A model generated the notes under the pieces. The model saw nothing but the letters and a program-made list of their open reading frames with translations, was not told the origin of the DNA and did no database searches. From Candidatus Poribacteria bacterium (GTDB lineage: Bacteria > Poribacteria > WGA-4E > WGA-3G), in assembly GCA_965198235.1 (NCBI GenBank), contig OZ240248.1, positions 384,001-448,000 of the forward strand: DNA of 64,000 bases. The letters run 5' to 3'. Within the stretch, counting starts at the first letter, position 1. The number at the start of each line of letters is the position of its first letter. The position numbers and the translations under genes are program-made. Below, in pieces: positions 45,898-56,589 of the stretch.

Positions 45898-47412
45898 ATG
45901 AACGCACAGCAACCGAATATCCTGATTATTACGACCGATCAGCAGCGGACAGATAGTTTGAGCTGCTATGGATCAACGTTTACAGGGACACCACATCTGG
46001 ACAAGTTCGCATCTGAGGGTGTCTGTTTTGAACGGACATACTGTGCGAATCCAGTCTGTACGCCTGCCCGTGCCTCGATTTTTTCGGGGCGATATGTGAG
46101 TCGTCACGGCGCGTGGAATGTTGGCATGAACGTCCCTGAAGACGAACCGATGCTGTCACACCGGCTTGCCGAGGTCGGCTATCGCACTCACTATATCGGC
46201 AAGGCACACTTCCAACCTTTCGGCGCATCCGCAGCACAATCAATCGAAACTTTCAGTGATACGACACGCTACCCGGATTTCCGGGGTCCCTACTACGGAT
46301 TTGAGACGGTGGAACTGGCACTCGGTCATGCGACTTATGGTGTCGCGGGACATTACGGTGAGTGGGTGCGTTCGTGTGTTTCTGAGGAAACGTTCGCGAG
46401 TTACAGCAAAGCGACACGCCTGAGTGAAGGGGGTTTCGGTGGCGAGGCGTACGATTGGGATATACCCCTGAAATACCATAATAGCGTCTGGACAGCGGAT
46501 CGGACAATAGATTTCCTATCAAACCGAGATGCGTCTCAGCCGTTCCTATTGGCGGTCGGTTTCCAAGATCCGCATCATCCGCACTGTGTACCAACTGAAT
46601 TTGAGGCACGCGTTGATCCCGCGCAAGTCCCGCTGCCAGACTTTGTCGAAGGCGAATTGGACGATAAACCCCCGCACTTTTTAGAGGCGCGATGCGGGCA
46701 ACTTGAAAGGTCGGAGATCCGTGGAACGTTTGCTATCGCGGGACAGGGCGGCGGTGCGGATTATCGCAAAGTTTCCGAAGCCGATGCCCGACTCGGTAGA
46801 GCGTACTACTACAATATGGTGAAGATTATAGATCAACAGATGGGTCGCATTCTGGAGTGTTTGGACACATACGGATTGGCAGAGAACACGTTAGTGCTTT
46901 TCACAACCGATCACGGTGAACTTCTTGGCGATCATGGTCTCTGGATGAAGGGACCGTTCCATTACGAGCAGCTCGTCCGCGTGCCAACGTTGCTGCGATT
47001 TCCCGCAATGATTCCTGCTGGGCAGCGTACACAGGCACTGTTTAGCCATGTCGATATTGTTCCTACGGTTCTTTCCGCAATCGGTTTGCCGATCCCATCG
47101 GATACTGATGGTGTAGACGCTACACCGATGCTCACAGGTGAGACAGCATCCATCCGCGATTCGGTGTTAGTTGAGTGTGTGGACGATCCGAGCGGTTTGC
47201 GACTCAAGACAATCGTAACCGATACACGGAAGTTGACATGGTATTGTGGGCATGCTTATGGTGAACTCTACGATTTGGAGAAGGATCCGGGTGAGCGGGT
47301 CAATCAGTGGGAGAATGCCACCTACGCTGCAGATAGGATGTATCTTATGAGCCGTATTCTTGAGACGATGGAGCCTTTGGAGAGAAGGGTTGATCGGTTA
47401 TCGTATGCGTAG
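45898..47412 (+). CDS. sulfatase
   Basis: PNILIITTDQQR, CTPAR formylglycine motif, GKAH, DHG..GDHG..KG. Confidence 0.93.
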   Translation: MNAQQPNILIITTDQQRTDSLSCYGSTFTGTPHLDKFASEGVCFERTYCANPVCTPARASIFSGRYVSRHGAWNVGMNVPEDEPMLSHRLAEVGYRTHYIGKAHFQPFGASAAQSIETFSDTTRYPDFRGPYYGFETVELALGHATYGVAGHYGEWVRSCVSEETFASYSKATRLSEGGFGGEAYDWDIPLKYHNSVWTADRTIDFLSNRDASQPFLLAVGFQDPHHPHCVPTEFEARVDPAQVPLPDFVEGELDDKPPHFLEARCGQLERSEIRGTFAIAGQGGGADYRKVSEADARLGRAYYYNMVKIIDQQMGRILECLDTYGLAENTLVLFTTDHGELLGDHGLWMKGPFHYEQLVRVPTLLRFPAMIPAGQRTQALFSHVDIVPTVLSAIGLPIPSDTDGVDATPMLTGETASIRDSVLVECVDDPSGLRLKTIVTDTRKLTWYCGHAYGELYDLEKDPGERVNQWENATYAADRMYLMSRILETMEPLERRVDRLSYA

Positions 47413-47752
47413 AGCGAGGCTGCTAAGTTGTCAGAGAATAAGAGTCGGGAATCGGAGTGTTTTTGCTTGGGGTGTTTTTGCTTGGGTATTTCTGCGTATT
47501 GCTTGGGGGTTTCTGCGGATTTCCCCCCTCCTACCGGTAGCGATTCGGAGGTCAATCCTACAGCGGAGAGCCTGTCAGCGGGAGATCGAAATTAAGGGAG
47601 AACTGAATGGATCTGATGTATCTGTTTTTAGACTTGCATTTAAAAAAAGGATTGGGTATTATTTAGGCAGAAGAAATTGATTGTGTCCAGCCTCGTTTCG
47701 ATTACATTATCTCCTACGCGAAAGAAGTGGGAAAAACATTGGGGGCATCCAG

Positions 47753-48565
47753 ATGGAGCCTACGCTATCCATTGTGATTCCGATTTACAATGAGGTTGCA
47801 AGCCTAAAGGAGCTTCTGCAACAGGTCGCCAGCGTTGAAATCGGTATGAAAAAAGAGTTGATTCTCGTTGATGATTTTTCAACAGATGGCACACGCGATA
47901 TTTTAAAGGAAATTGAAGCCATTCAAGAAAATTCAGGCGAGATGCGCAAGTACATCTCAACACCCCAGATGCCTCCAAATGAAAACGTTGCTTCTGATAG
48001 CGGTGTTCCGAAATCCGGAAGTTCCGCAGAATATACCTCTGAGATCTCCGCAAAAGTCTTTTATCACGATGTGAATAAGGGAAAAGGGGCAACACTTCGT
48101 ACTGGATTCCAGCACATCACTGGTGAAATTACCCTCATTCAAGATGCTGACTTGGAGTATGATCCAAAAGATTATCCTAAATTGCTTCAGCCTATCCTAA
48201 CTGGGGAAGCCGATGTTGTATACGGCTCTCGGTTTATGGAGGGGAGACAAATGGGGTTGTTGCGGAGTTACCTCGCAAATCAATTTCTGACGACCCTCGC
48301 AAACATCGTCAATGGCACAAGACTTACCGATATGGAGACCTGCTATAAGGTGGTCCGGACATCGATTCTAAAGGAGATTTCGCTTTACTCCGATAGGTTC
48401 GGTTTTGAGCCTGAAATTACGGCAAAACTTGCCAGGCGAAAGTGCAAAATCGTTGAGGTGCCTATCTCCTATCGCGGCAGAGACTATCATGAAGGGAAAA
48501 CGGTTAGTTGGAAGGATGGTGTCGCCGCAATTTTTCACATTCTCCGCTTCCGATTCTTTTCTTAA
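47753..48565 (+). CDS. glycosyltransferase family 2 (DPM1-like) with ~40-aa low-complexity insert
   Basis: IVIPIYNE, VDDFSTDGT, QDADLEYDP.D, DMETCYK, FGFEPEIT. Confidence 0.92.
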   Translation: MEPTLSIVIPIYNEVASLKELLQQVASVEIGMKKELILVDDFSTDGTRDILKEIEAIQENSGEMRKYISTPQMPPNENVASDSGVPKSGSSAEYTSEISAKVFYHDVNKGKGATLRTGFQHITGEITLIQDADLEYDPKDYPKLLQPILTGEADVVYGSRFMEGRQMGLLRSYLANQFLTTLANIVNGTRLTDMETCYKVVRTSILKEISLYSDRFGFEPEITAKLARRKCKIVEVPISYRGRDYHEGKTVSWKDGVAAIFHILRFRFFS

Positions 48566-48590
48566 AGGACGAAACGCACGGCGTAAAAAT

Positions 48591-50423
48591 ATGCCTAATT
48601 TGCAAGACTTGCTTAAAGAGGTAGATGCCATCCTCGATTCGGCTGATGTGTCAGAGCCGACACATGATTGCGAAACGCCGACGGATCCCCTTCTGGAGGC
48701 ACTTGATACTTCCTTCGGTTACACTTCCTTCCGTAAAGGGCAACGCGAGATTGTCAAGGCGATCTTAGATGGTGAAAACGTATTTGCTGTGTTCCCAACG
48801 GGACACGGAAAGTCGTTGTGTTATCAACTTCCCGCACTAATGCTCGACGGCGTAACGATCGTGATCTCGCCCCTCATTTCATTGATGAAGGACCAGGTTG
48901 ATACCTTGCGAGAACAAGGGATTAATTCGGTTGCGCTCATAAACAGCACACAGACATGGGAAGAATACCAGAATGAATTGGCACGCCTGAGACGCAACGA
49001 AATAAAACTGCTCTATATCTCACCAGAACGCCTTCGGAGCCGACGGTTTTTGGACATCTTGAATGCGTTTCCTATCTCGCTATTCGTCATTGATGAGGCA
49101 CACTGTATCTCGCAATGGGGACGCGATTTCCGTCCTGCCTATCTGTCGCTCAAAGACACGGTTGATGTACTCCAACCGCGCGTTATCGCACTTTTCACCG
49201 CAACAGCACCCCCAGAGATTCAAGAAGATATCCTCAATGTGCTGAACATACCAACACCTCGTATTCTCACGCAAGGGATCGAGCGCCCTAATTTGAAATT
49301 AGTCGTCCAACAGAATGAAGATGACGATGAAAAGTATCAACAACTTGAAAAGTTTCTCACCGATCAGGATCCAAATCTTTTACCAGTTCGTCTGGGAAAT
49401 CTGAAGACTTCACCGAAAAACGGGATCATCTATGCGGGACGGCGGCGAGAGACCGAAGATATCGCGGACTTTCTTCAAAGACGCGGGTTCCGAGCAGATT
49501 TCTATCACGCTGGGCTTGAACCTCATGAACGCACGCGCGTGCAAGAAGCCTTTTTCGACAACAGTGAAAACGGATTAGATATTGTTGTTGCCACGAATGC
49601 CTTCGGTATGGGTATTGACAAACCGGATATCCGATATATCGTGCATTGGACGCTTACTGGCACCCTCGAAGAGTACTGTCAAGAAGTCGGTAGGGCGGGT
49701 AGAGATGATGAGGATGCGCTATGTATCCTGCTGTTTTGTAACGATGACCGCGGGTTACACGAGTGGTTTATCAAAGAAAATGCCCCGGATAAGCAGTCTT
49801 TGCTTAAACTCTTAAAGGTCGTTGAAAATTTCAAAGGGAGCGACAGGTACCGCACAATTTCTAACGATGAGTTGGAATGGATGAGCGGTGCTAAAGGAAC
49901 AAAAGTCCACGTCTGCCTCAGTTATCTCGAAAAACTCGGATTTTTGAAGCGGTGGTATAACGTGCCGTCGCAGCTTTCTGTGAGATTTCGCGGATCTTGG
50001 GTTGAAAAAGTAGAACCAGCGGAGGCAACCCAGCGTGAATTACTTCGCCAATTGCGGGGTGGAAGATTAAAAACGATTTTAGAACTCTGTGAAGCCGTTG
50101 AACAAAACCCAAAGGTGATAATGGAAGACCTCGCCGAGTTGCAAAGCGATGGTTATATTCAGTATTGGGGACAGGAAGACTTGCTCCTCATTGAACTGCT
50201 TGAGGACAGTCAAATGCTCAGCACACTGACGGATGAGCAAATTGAGGTAGGCGACTATGTCCGCCGAAAACAGAGCCAGATTGATCAGATGGTTGTTTAT
50301 GCGTTAGAGACTACTTGCCGAATGCGCGTGATTCGAGACTATTTTGGTGAACTTGTTGATGAAAGTTACCGGTGCGGGACCTGCGATTTGTGTCAAACAC
50401 AAGCCATCAGAGTCGTCAGTTAA
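48591..50423 (+). CDS. recQ: RecQ-family ATP-dependent DNA helicase
   Basis: PTGHGKSLCYQLP, DEAHCISQWG.DFRP, VATNAFGMGIDK, QEVGRAGRD, C-terminal CRM..CGTCDLC. Confidence 0.92.
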   Translation: MPNLQDLLKEVDAILDSADVSEPTHDCETPTDPLLEALDTSFGYTSFRKGQREIVKAILDGENVFAVFPTGHGKSLCYQLPALMLDGVTIVISPLISLMKDQVDTLREQGINSVALINSTQTWEEYQNELARLRRNEIKLLYISPERLRSRRFLDILNAFPISLFVIDEAHCISQWGRDFRPAYLSLKDTVDVLQPRVIALFTATAPPEIQEDILNVLNIPTPRILTQGIERPNLKLVVQQNEDDDEKYQQLEKFLTDQDPNLLPVRLGNLKTSPKNGIIYAGRRRETEDIADFLQRRGFRADFYHAGLEPHERTRVQEAFFDNSENGLDIVVATNAFGMGIDKPDIRYIVHWTLTGTLEEYCQEVGRAGRDDEDALCILLFCNDDRGLHEWFIKENAPDKQSLLKLLKVVENFKGSDRYRTISNDELEWMSGAKGTKVHVCLSYLEKLGFLKRWYNVPSQLSVRFRGSWVEKVEPAEATQRELLRQLRGGRLKTILELCEAVEQNPKVIMEDLAELQSDGYIQYWGQEDLLLIELLEDSQMLSTLTDEQIEVGDYVRRKQSQIDQMVVYALETTCRMRVIRDYFGELVDESYRCGTCDLCQTQAIRVVS

Positions 50424-50520
50424 CAGTTGTCAGTGGTCAGTTAAAGAGGTTGCTTGTGGCGGATATGGGAAACGTAACTGCCACAAGAGGTTAACTGTTA
50501 ACTGACCACTACTAAGTCAT

Positions 50521-51786
50521 TTAATTTTCGGTGCGGATCGCTTCAATAGGGGAAAGCTGAGCGGCGAGCATCGCGGGATAGACCCCAAAAGTGATGCCCA
50601 TGAAAATTGAGAAGATAACGGAAGTCAATATCCACGGTAAAGAGAGGACAACGGGCCATTCTGGCACAACCTGCGCAATGCGGACGGCAAGCTGCGCCAT
50701 ACCGTGTGCTGTTCCCCAGCCTCCTGCAATGCCGAGCACCGCACCACACAGACAGAGACAGATCGATTCCGTTAAGAATTGCCAGAAAATGTGAATCCGT
50801 TTCGCCCCAACTGATTTCCGTAAACCGATCTCCCGTGTTTTCTCACCGACGGAGACGAGACATATATTCATGATGCCGATGCCGCTGACAAAGAGTGAGA
50901 ATCCGGCAATACTCCCCAAAGTAATTTTTATGACTTTTTCAATGTGGTCAAGGCGTCTTGCTGTCCGTTTTGCTATCCAAAGTCCGATAAAGTCATCTTT
51001 CCCGCGGTGTCTTTTACGTAGAATGTGCTTGACCGAATCAACGATGCTGTCAATATCCTCACCTTTTTTAAAAAAGACGACCATATCTTCAAGATAACGG
51101 GTGCCTGTAATCCGTTGCTGGTATGTTGTTAAGGGCACACAAATGGCATCATCTAAAGAATACCAGATGCTGAGGCTGCGGCCCTTTGTTTTCATTACAC
51201 CCACGACCCGTAGCCTTACCGTCGCTCCGCGCCAATGATACCGAATTTTTACCTCTTGTCCAATTGGGGATTCTTCTCCAAACAGTTCAGTAGTGGTCGT
51301 GGCACCCAAGACACACACCTGCTTTGCGTTTTCGATATCGCCCTCTGAGAGGAATCTGCCGGCCTGTAGCTCCCATCTCATGCCATGTGCGTAGTCGGCG
51401 GTAACACCTTCTAAAAGCGGTCTGGCTTGGTTCCCGTTTCGGCTGGTAACGAAGGTTGTGTAGCCTTCATGTTTAGGCAGGACATATAGAACATTGGGGC
51501 ATTCTGCCTCAATCGCAAGAGCGTCCTCAAGGGTATATCGCTCGGTGGTGCGCCGAACAAGCCGTCGGCGTTTCCAAATAGAGGTCCGTGTCCAGAATTG
51601 GACTTGGTTTGCGCCGCCGAGTGTCTCGATGTCTTGGACGATAAGAAGTTTTGCACCATCGCCGATTGCGATCATGCACAGAACACTGGCAATCCCGATG
51701 AAGATACCGAGAATGGACAAACCGGCGCGGAGTTTATTTTGGGCGAGGTGTGTAATACCTGTGGTGATAGCGTCACGAAATTTCAT
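50521..51786 (-). CDS. MacB/FtsX-family ABC transporter permease
   Basis: LGIFIGIASV, GIGIMNI.LVSV.E.TREIG.RKS.GA, QFL.ES, GVYPA. Confidence 0.92.
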   Translation of the reverse strand: MKFRDAITTGITHLAQNKLRAGLSILGIFIGIASVLCMIAIGDGAKLLIVQDIETLGGANQVQFWTRTSIWKRRRLVRRTTERYTLEDALAIEAECPNVLYVLPKHEGYTTFVTSRNGNQARPLLEGVTADYAHGMRWELQAGRFLSEGDIENAKQVCVLGATTTTELFGEESPIGQEVKIRYHWRGATVRLRVVGVMKTKGRSLSIWYSLDDAICVPLTTYQQRITGTRYLEDMVVFFKKGEDIDSIVDSVKHILRKRHRGKDDFIGLWIAKRTARRLDHIEKVIKITLGSIAGFSLFVSGIGIMNICLVSVGEKTREIGLRKSVGAKRIHIFWQFLTESICLCLCGAVLGIAGGWGTAHGMAQLAVRIAQVVPEWPVVLSLPWILTSVIFSIFMGITFGVYPAMLAAQLSPIEAIRTEN

Positions 51787-52338
51787 TTTTTTCTAAACAG
51801 GGCGTGCGTCATGTCCTACCCGGTTTCTTGAAAAGGTTGGACAACCACACGCACTGGGAACCTCTGTATGGTAGAATCGCTATTTTTTAAGTAAATTTTG
51901 GCTTACAAGTTCTGCGAAGGAACGCCGTGAAAGACAAGGTTGTGTTAATTAGGAGAGCGGATCTCTATAAAAACTTCTACTTATACGGACATTTGGATGT
52001 ACTTTCAACGGGTTCAACGAGCTTCACTCAAGTGCTGATTTAAAGAATCGCAAGTGTTTAAACCTCGTTTTTACTTGAAAATTCATCAAAGTTTTTTTAA
52101 CTATTGGGTTTTGCGCCGATAGGTCTTACAGCCCAATCGGGTTTCCTGTATGTTTTTAGCAGTATCGGGTGTGGTTATAGGATACCTCAACCAGCAGTGT
52201 CTGTTCGGCAAATGTCTAATATATTTTTAGGCGTTGCTATCGTTATAAAGAGGCGGATTTTCGGCAAAAAGGCTTAAAAAAGATAAAAATTAGCTTTCTG
52301 GAGTATATGAAACGGGAGGAAATGGATGAAAGGCGAGT

Positions 52339-53682
52339 TCAGATTTCAGATCGATCTACGGGGTCAATAGGATCCAGGTTGTTGAGTGCCTCTGCATAGA
52401 CCTGTCGGAGTGGGACGTTGTTTCGTTCCGCAAGCCGTTTGCAGTCCTCATATTCCGGGACGGTCTTGATAAGGGTGCCGTTGAGATACCCACGTTTCGC
52501 TTGGATTGTTCCCCACTGCGTCTCGACTTGGGTGAAGTCTCGACGTAGTTTGACCCGATTGGCGGAAGAGAGCCTGACACCAAAGGTCGTGGTTTCGGTG
52601 AGCAAGAGTTCGATGAGTTTATCGCGGCGCGCAGTAGGACAGAGGACAGTTATCTGTGTGGCGGGTCTGTTCTTTTTCATGAAAACCGGTGTAAGAAAGA
52701 CATCAAGCGCGCCGTGTTCAAAGAGTTGAGAGGCGACATACCCCGTAATCTCTGGTGACATATCGTCTACATTGGTCTCAATAATGTCCACACTGTCAGT
52801 TTCGGCATGATGTTGGGGCGTTTGTGAACTGCTACTTGAGATTTTTTCACCGAGGCAGAGTCGGAGGAGGTTTGGTCGTTGTTCGAGGTCGCGGGTGCCA
52901 GCACCGTATCCGACGCGATCCAATCGCATTTGGGGCATAACACCGAATTCCTGTGATAACGTCGTAATGAGTGCCGCTCCAGTCGGCGTTACCAGTTCCT
53001 TTGGTATGTCGGTTTGATGAATCGGAACACCTTTTAGGAGTTCCATTGTGCCGGGGACAGGAACGGGCATGAGTCCATGGGCACATCGGACAAAGCCTCT
53101 ACCGAGAGAGAGCGGTGATGCGTAAACCGCGTCAACGTCCAGATACGCCAAACCGATGACAGACCCTACGATGTCCACAATTGAATCGATCCCACTCACC
53201 TCGTGGAGATGAACGTTGGCTTTGCTCATATTGTGAACCTTCGCCTCTGCTTCAGCGAGCCGGTCGAAGACGCGTTTCGCGGTATCCCGAATTTCTGGGT
53301 CTAAATCGCTGTCATCAAGCAATTTGAAAATATCAGAGAGGTGGCGAGTCGGTCCGTGATCGTGGTGATGCCCGTGATCGTGAGTAGGGTGATGTGTATG
53401 TTCGTGATCGTGGTGATGTTCGTGGTCATGGTGACGTGCATGCCCATGCTCGTGATGTGAATCGGCGTGTGAGGTGTGTGCAGGGTGCACCTCTACAATC
53501 GCTCTGGTACCGGTAATGCCGTGTTTCGTGGCTTTTTCAAAGTGTAGACTGAACTCGGCATCAAGTTTGAGCGTAGACAATCCCTCTGCAAGCATTTCCG
53601 GTGGTACACCGGCATCGACGAGGGCACCAAGCGTCATGTCGCCGCTAATGCCTGAGAAGCAGTCGAAATACGCGATCTTCAT
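52339..53682 (-). CDS. larC: nickel pincer cofactor Ni-insertion protein
   Basis: YFDCFSGISGDM.LGAL, His-rich loop, HLHEVSG.DSIVD, ELVTPTGAA, ETNVDD, PEYEDC. Confidence 0.95.
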   Translation of the reverse strand: MKIAYFDCFSGISGDMTLGALVDAGVPPEMLAEGLSTLKLDAEFSLHFEKATKHGITGTRAIVEVHPAHTSHADSHHEHGHARHHDHEHHHDHEHTHHPTHDHGHHHDHGPTRHLSDIFKLLDDSDLDPEIRDTAKRVFDRLAEAEAKVHNMSKANVHLHEVSGIDSIVDIVGSVIGLAYLDVDAVYASPLSLGRGFVRCAHGLMPVPVPGTMELLKGVPIHQTDIPKELVTPTGAALITTLSQEFGVMPQMRLDRVGYGAGTRDLEQRPNLLRLCLGEKISSSSSQTPQHHAETDSVDIIETNVDDMSPEITGYVASQLFEHGALDVFLTPVFMKKNRPATQITVLCPTARRDKLIELLLTETTTFGVRLSSANRVKLRRDFTQVETQWGTIQAKRGYLNGTLIKTVPEYEDCKRLAERNNVPLRQVYAEALNNLDPIDPVDRSEI

Positions 53683-53885
53683 TGCATTTACACTCCTTTA
53701 GATTTTCGGTGGAGATTCAGTTACGCCCGAAACGTACAGACTGGATTGTGCGCGGATCGTGAGCAAAGATCGCTCCTACAGCAGAGTAACTATCAGCCAT
53801 CAGCAGTCAGGAAAAAAATCCCTTTGCTGACGGTTTCCGATAGCCATTCCTCTGAAAACCGAAAGCCGACGGCTGATAGCCAATA

Positions 53886-55520
53886 CTAAAAGTCTTGAAG
53901 TAAGTCCTGGAGCAGTGTTTTGGAGTCGTGGCGTTTGAGCTTAACAATAGCTTCAGCCTCTATCTGTCGGACACGTTCACGACTAATCCGAAGTTTGTCC
54001 CCGATGTCCGCTAAAGTATACTCGGTGCCGTCCATTAAGCCGTATCGCAGAATGATCACCTGTGTTTCACGAGGATTGAGGGTTCGGTTGAGGACCTCTG
54101 TGATAACTTCGACTTTGGCATAATCGAGCAGGTAGTTTTCAGGCGTAATTTGGGATTGATCCGGAATAAGTTCGGAAAACGAGCCGTCCGGAGAGTCTTC
54201 ATTGATTGGTGCATCGAGCGGAACAGGATCTTTTGTGGCGTTGAAAATTTCGGAAACCTTTTTTTCTGTAAGTTCGACTTCTTTCGCGATTTCAGTCGTA
54301 GTCGGTTCGCGTCCGAGTTGGGTTGTCAGATCTGATTGTGCCTGCTTAATGGCGCGACGGGCTTCGCCGATATAGCATGGAACACGGATCATCTGCCCTT
54401 GCTGATCGAGGGCACGCTTGATAGATTGCATAATCCACCAAGTGGCGTAAGTGCTGAATCGGAATCGGAGGGTGTGGTCAAACTTATCTACGGCTCGCAT
54501 CAATCCGAGGCTGCCTTCCTGCATCAAATCAAGGAAGGTTAAGGATGTTTTACTAAAGTGATGTTGTTTGGCGATGCTGGCAACGAGGCGAAGATTCGCT
54601 TCAACAATTTTTAGTTTCGTTCCATGTGTGACTTGGTCTGCTGCTTCCAATTGTTCCGCCAACCACTTGACATGTGCAAATTCCCTTCGGACATCTTCAA
54701 GTACAAACCGAAGTGTATGTGGCTTGCAGGTAGTTGCCCGTTCCACTAACATATCGGTAGGTAGTTTCTCCAAGAGCATTTCAATTTCGTGGCGGATAAC
54801 GTCAAATTCCTGAAAAGCCGAGGATTCCTGTTCTTTGTCAAAACATGCTGCTGTGATATGAGAGAGTTCGAGGATCTGATGTGCTTCTGCCAAAGGGAAT
54901 TCAGCTTGTCGTTGCTGCGCTTTCGTCGTTTTTTTGTTGAAGGTATTGATGTTGCTGCGAATCGCTTTGCGGGCGTATGCCCGAAATTCGGTGCCACGTT
55001 TTGTATCGCTATCGTCAATGGCTTTCAAGAGTCCGAGGCTGCCCATCTGCATCAATTCGGGCGATGCGGTGGTGTCAACATACTTTTTTAGGAGATGTAA
55101 GTTCCCTTCAAAGATTTTCCAGCGTGTCTGTTCTAACAAATTCGCCTTCGCTTCTAATTTTTCCAATAGGACGCCAAGTGCTTGGATTTCGGCGCGGACC
55201 CGGTCTATAATTAATCCGTGTTCTGATTGTGGGTGTTCTAATTTTTGGCTTCTGTTTGCAGTACGGTTCTCAGTGATGTTAAGCGAGACTATCATCCAAT
55301 CTGGGAATTGATTTAGCAGGGTGGTAAACGCTTGGAAACCTTCTCGGTATTTTTCAAAGAGTGCAGTTTCCTGCTCAGGTTCCAACAACGGGGTCTTCGC
55401 AATCTTCTGTAGGTACGCAAAGGTCTCATCTCTTGGTGATTCTGTAGGGTTCTCTTCCCTCTCCTCATCCTCTGCAAAAAGTTCAGATTCTACCGGGTAT
55501 GCTGGGTAATAGTCTCTCAT
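53886..55520 (-). CDS. sigma-70 family (RpoD-like) RNA polymerase sigma factor with duplicated region 1.2/2
   Basis: YLQKI.K.PLL; ANLRLV.SIA; DLMQEG.LGL.RAVDKFD; FSTYATWWI; region 4 TL..IG..L.ISRERVRQIE. Confidence 0.92.
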   Translation of the reverse strand: MRDYYPAYPVESELFAEDEEREENPTESPRDETFAYLQKIAKTPLLEPEQETALFEKYREGFQAFTTLLNQFPDWMIVSLNITENRTANRSQKLEHPQSEHGLIIDRVRAEIQALGVLLEKLEAKANLLEQTRWKIFEGNLHLLKKYVDTTASPELMQMGSLGLLKAIDDSDTKRGTEFRAYARKAIRSNINTFNKKTTKAQQRQAEFPLAEAHQILELSHITAACFDKEQESSAFQEFDVIRHEIEMLLEKLPTDMLVERATTCKPHTLRFVLEDVRREFAHVKWLAEQLEAADQVTHGTKLKIVEANLRLVASIAKQHHFSKTSLTFLDLMQEGSLGLMRAVDKFDHTLRFRFSTYATWWIMQSIKRALDQQGQMIRVPCYIGEARRAIKQAQSDLTTQLGREPTTTEIAKEVELTEKKVSEIFNATKDPVPLDAPINEDSPDGSFSELIPDQSQITPENYLLDYAKVEVITEVLNRTLNPRETQVIILRYGLMDGTEYTLADIGDKLRISRERVRQIEAEAIVKLKRHDSKTLLQDLLQDF

Positions 55521-55727
55521 GTCTTCACCTCACTGTAGCCTCGATCTCCCGAACGAGATGTTTTTTATGGTTGCCTAACATAGCAAAAATTATCAAAAAA
55601 GGTTTAACTTTTAATTGTGTATGTGGTATGCTATTAAACACAACCTACTCGTATATCTGCTGGATAATATGATTGGCTTGCAAGCAGCCCCCTAAAACGC
55701 CGTATAACGATTGGAGGCAGTTAATTA

Positions 55728-56303
55728 ATGGCTCAACTCACACAAAATGAAATAATTAAAAAGTGTCAAGCCCGTGAATCTTTTTCTGGTGAAAATCTTG
55801 CAAACTTAGATTTAACGAATCAACCGCTCGTAGGTGTTGATTTATCGGAAGCGGATTTGAGCGGTACTGATCTGCGGAACGCGGATTTAACGGATGCGAA
55901 TCTGAACGATGCGAATCTCACCGGTGCGAACCTTTCCGGTGCAACCTTACATCGGACGTATCTCGTCGGTGCTAATTTAACAGATACCACTCTCGAGGAA
56001 GCGAACCTATGTGGGGCATTCCTCAGCGGAAGTTTGCTGTGTGGCACTAATTTCCGCCGTGCTGATCTGCGTCGTGCTACCCTCGGTTGTCCAAGATGCG
56101 AGGTGCCGGGACCTTTCGGTTCACTCACCAGTTTTGAGAACGCGAACCTCGAAGAGGCGATTTTCGGTGAAATCAAACTGATAGGTGTTGTCTTACTCGG
56201 TGCCAATTTCAAAGATGCGTATCTATATGAGGTTGACCTCTCTGAAGCCGTTTATCGCGAAGCTGATCTTGAAGGTGCTATCACCAAAAAAGGACGAAAT
56301 TAA
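55728..56303 (+). CDS. pentapeptide repeat protein
   Basis: A(D/N)Lxx repeats; GGAGG RBS. Confidence 0.9.
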   Translation: MAQLTQNEIIKKCQARESFSGENLANLDLTNQPLVGVDLSEADLSGTDLRNADLTDANLNDANLTGANLSGATLHRTYLVGANLTDTTLEEANLCGAFLSGSLLCGTNFRRADLRRATLGCPRCEVPGPFGSLTSFENANLEEAIFGEIKLIGVVLLGANFKDAYLYEVDLSEAVYREADLEGAITKKGRN

Positions 56304-56589
56304 GCAGCAAATCTTTTTGTTTTTCCCCAGCGTCTATTACCAATTTTGTCCATGTAGTTTCGATCTACAGGTTCCATCTATCACTCGGGAATTGGGGCTG
56401 CAAAAATTGTATAACACTTACCACGTTCTTCTAATATGTGTGACGTTAACAAGGGGTAAGAGGTTTACCTAAATTGCATTTTTTTTATAGTTTCGACAAT
56501 TTACTTGTGATTTTTTATAGGCGAGTAACTTTACACAGAAGCAGCGTTGTGGTTACAAGCCTCACCTATAACCCTAACACTCTTTAGGG

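Noticed and set aside
51790-52335. 550-bp intergenic gap as an ncRNA or riboswitch
   Set aside because: Only one weak hairpin seen and no recognisable motif; cannot be supported without an Rfam search.
53345-53475. His-rich trinucleotide-like repeat
   Set aside because: Normal nickel-binding His loop of LarC.
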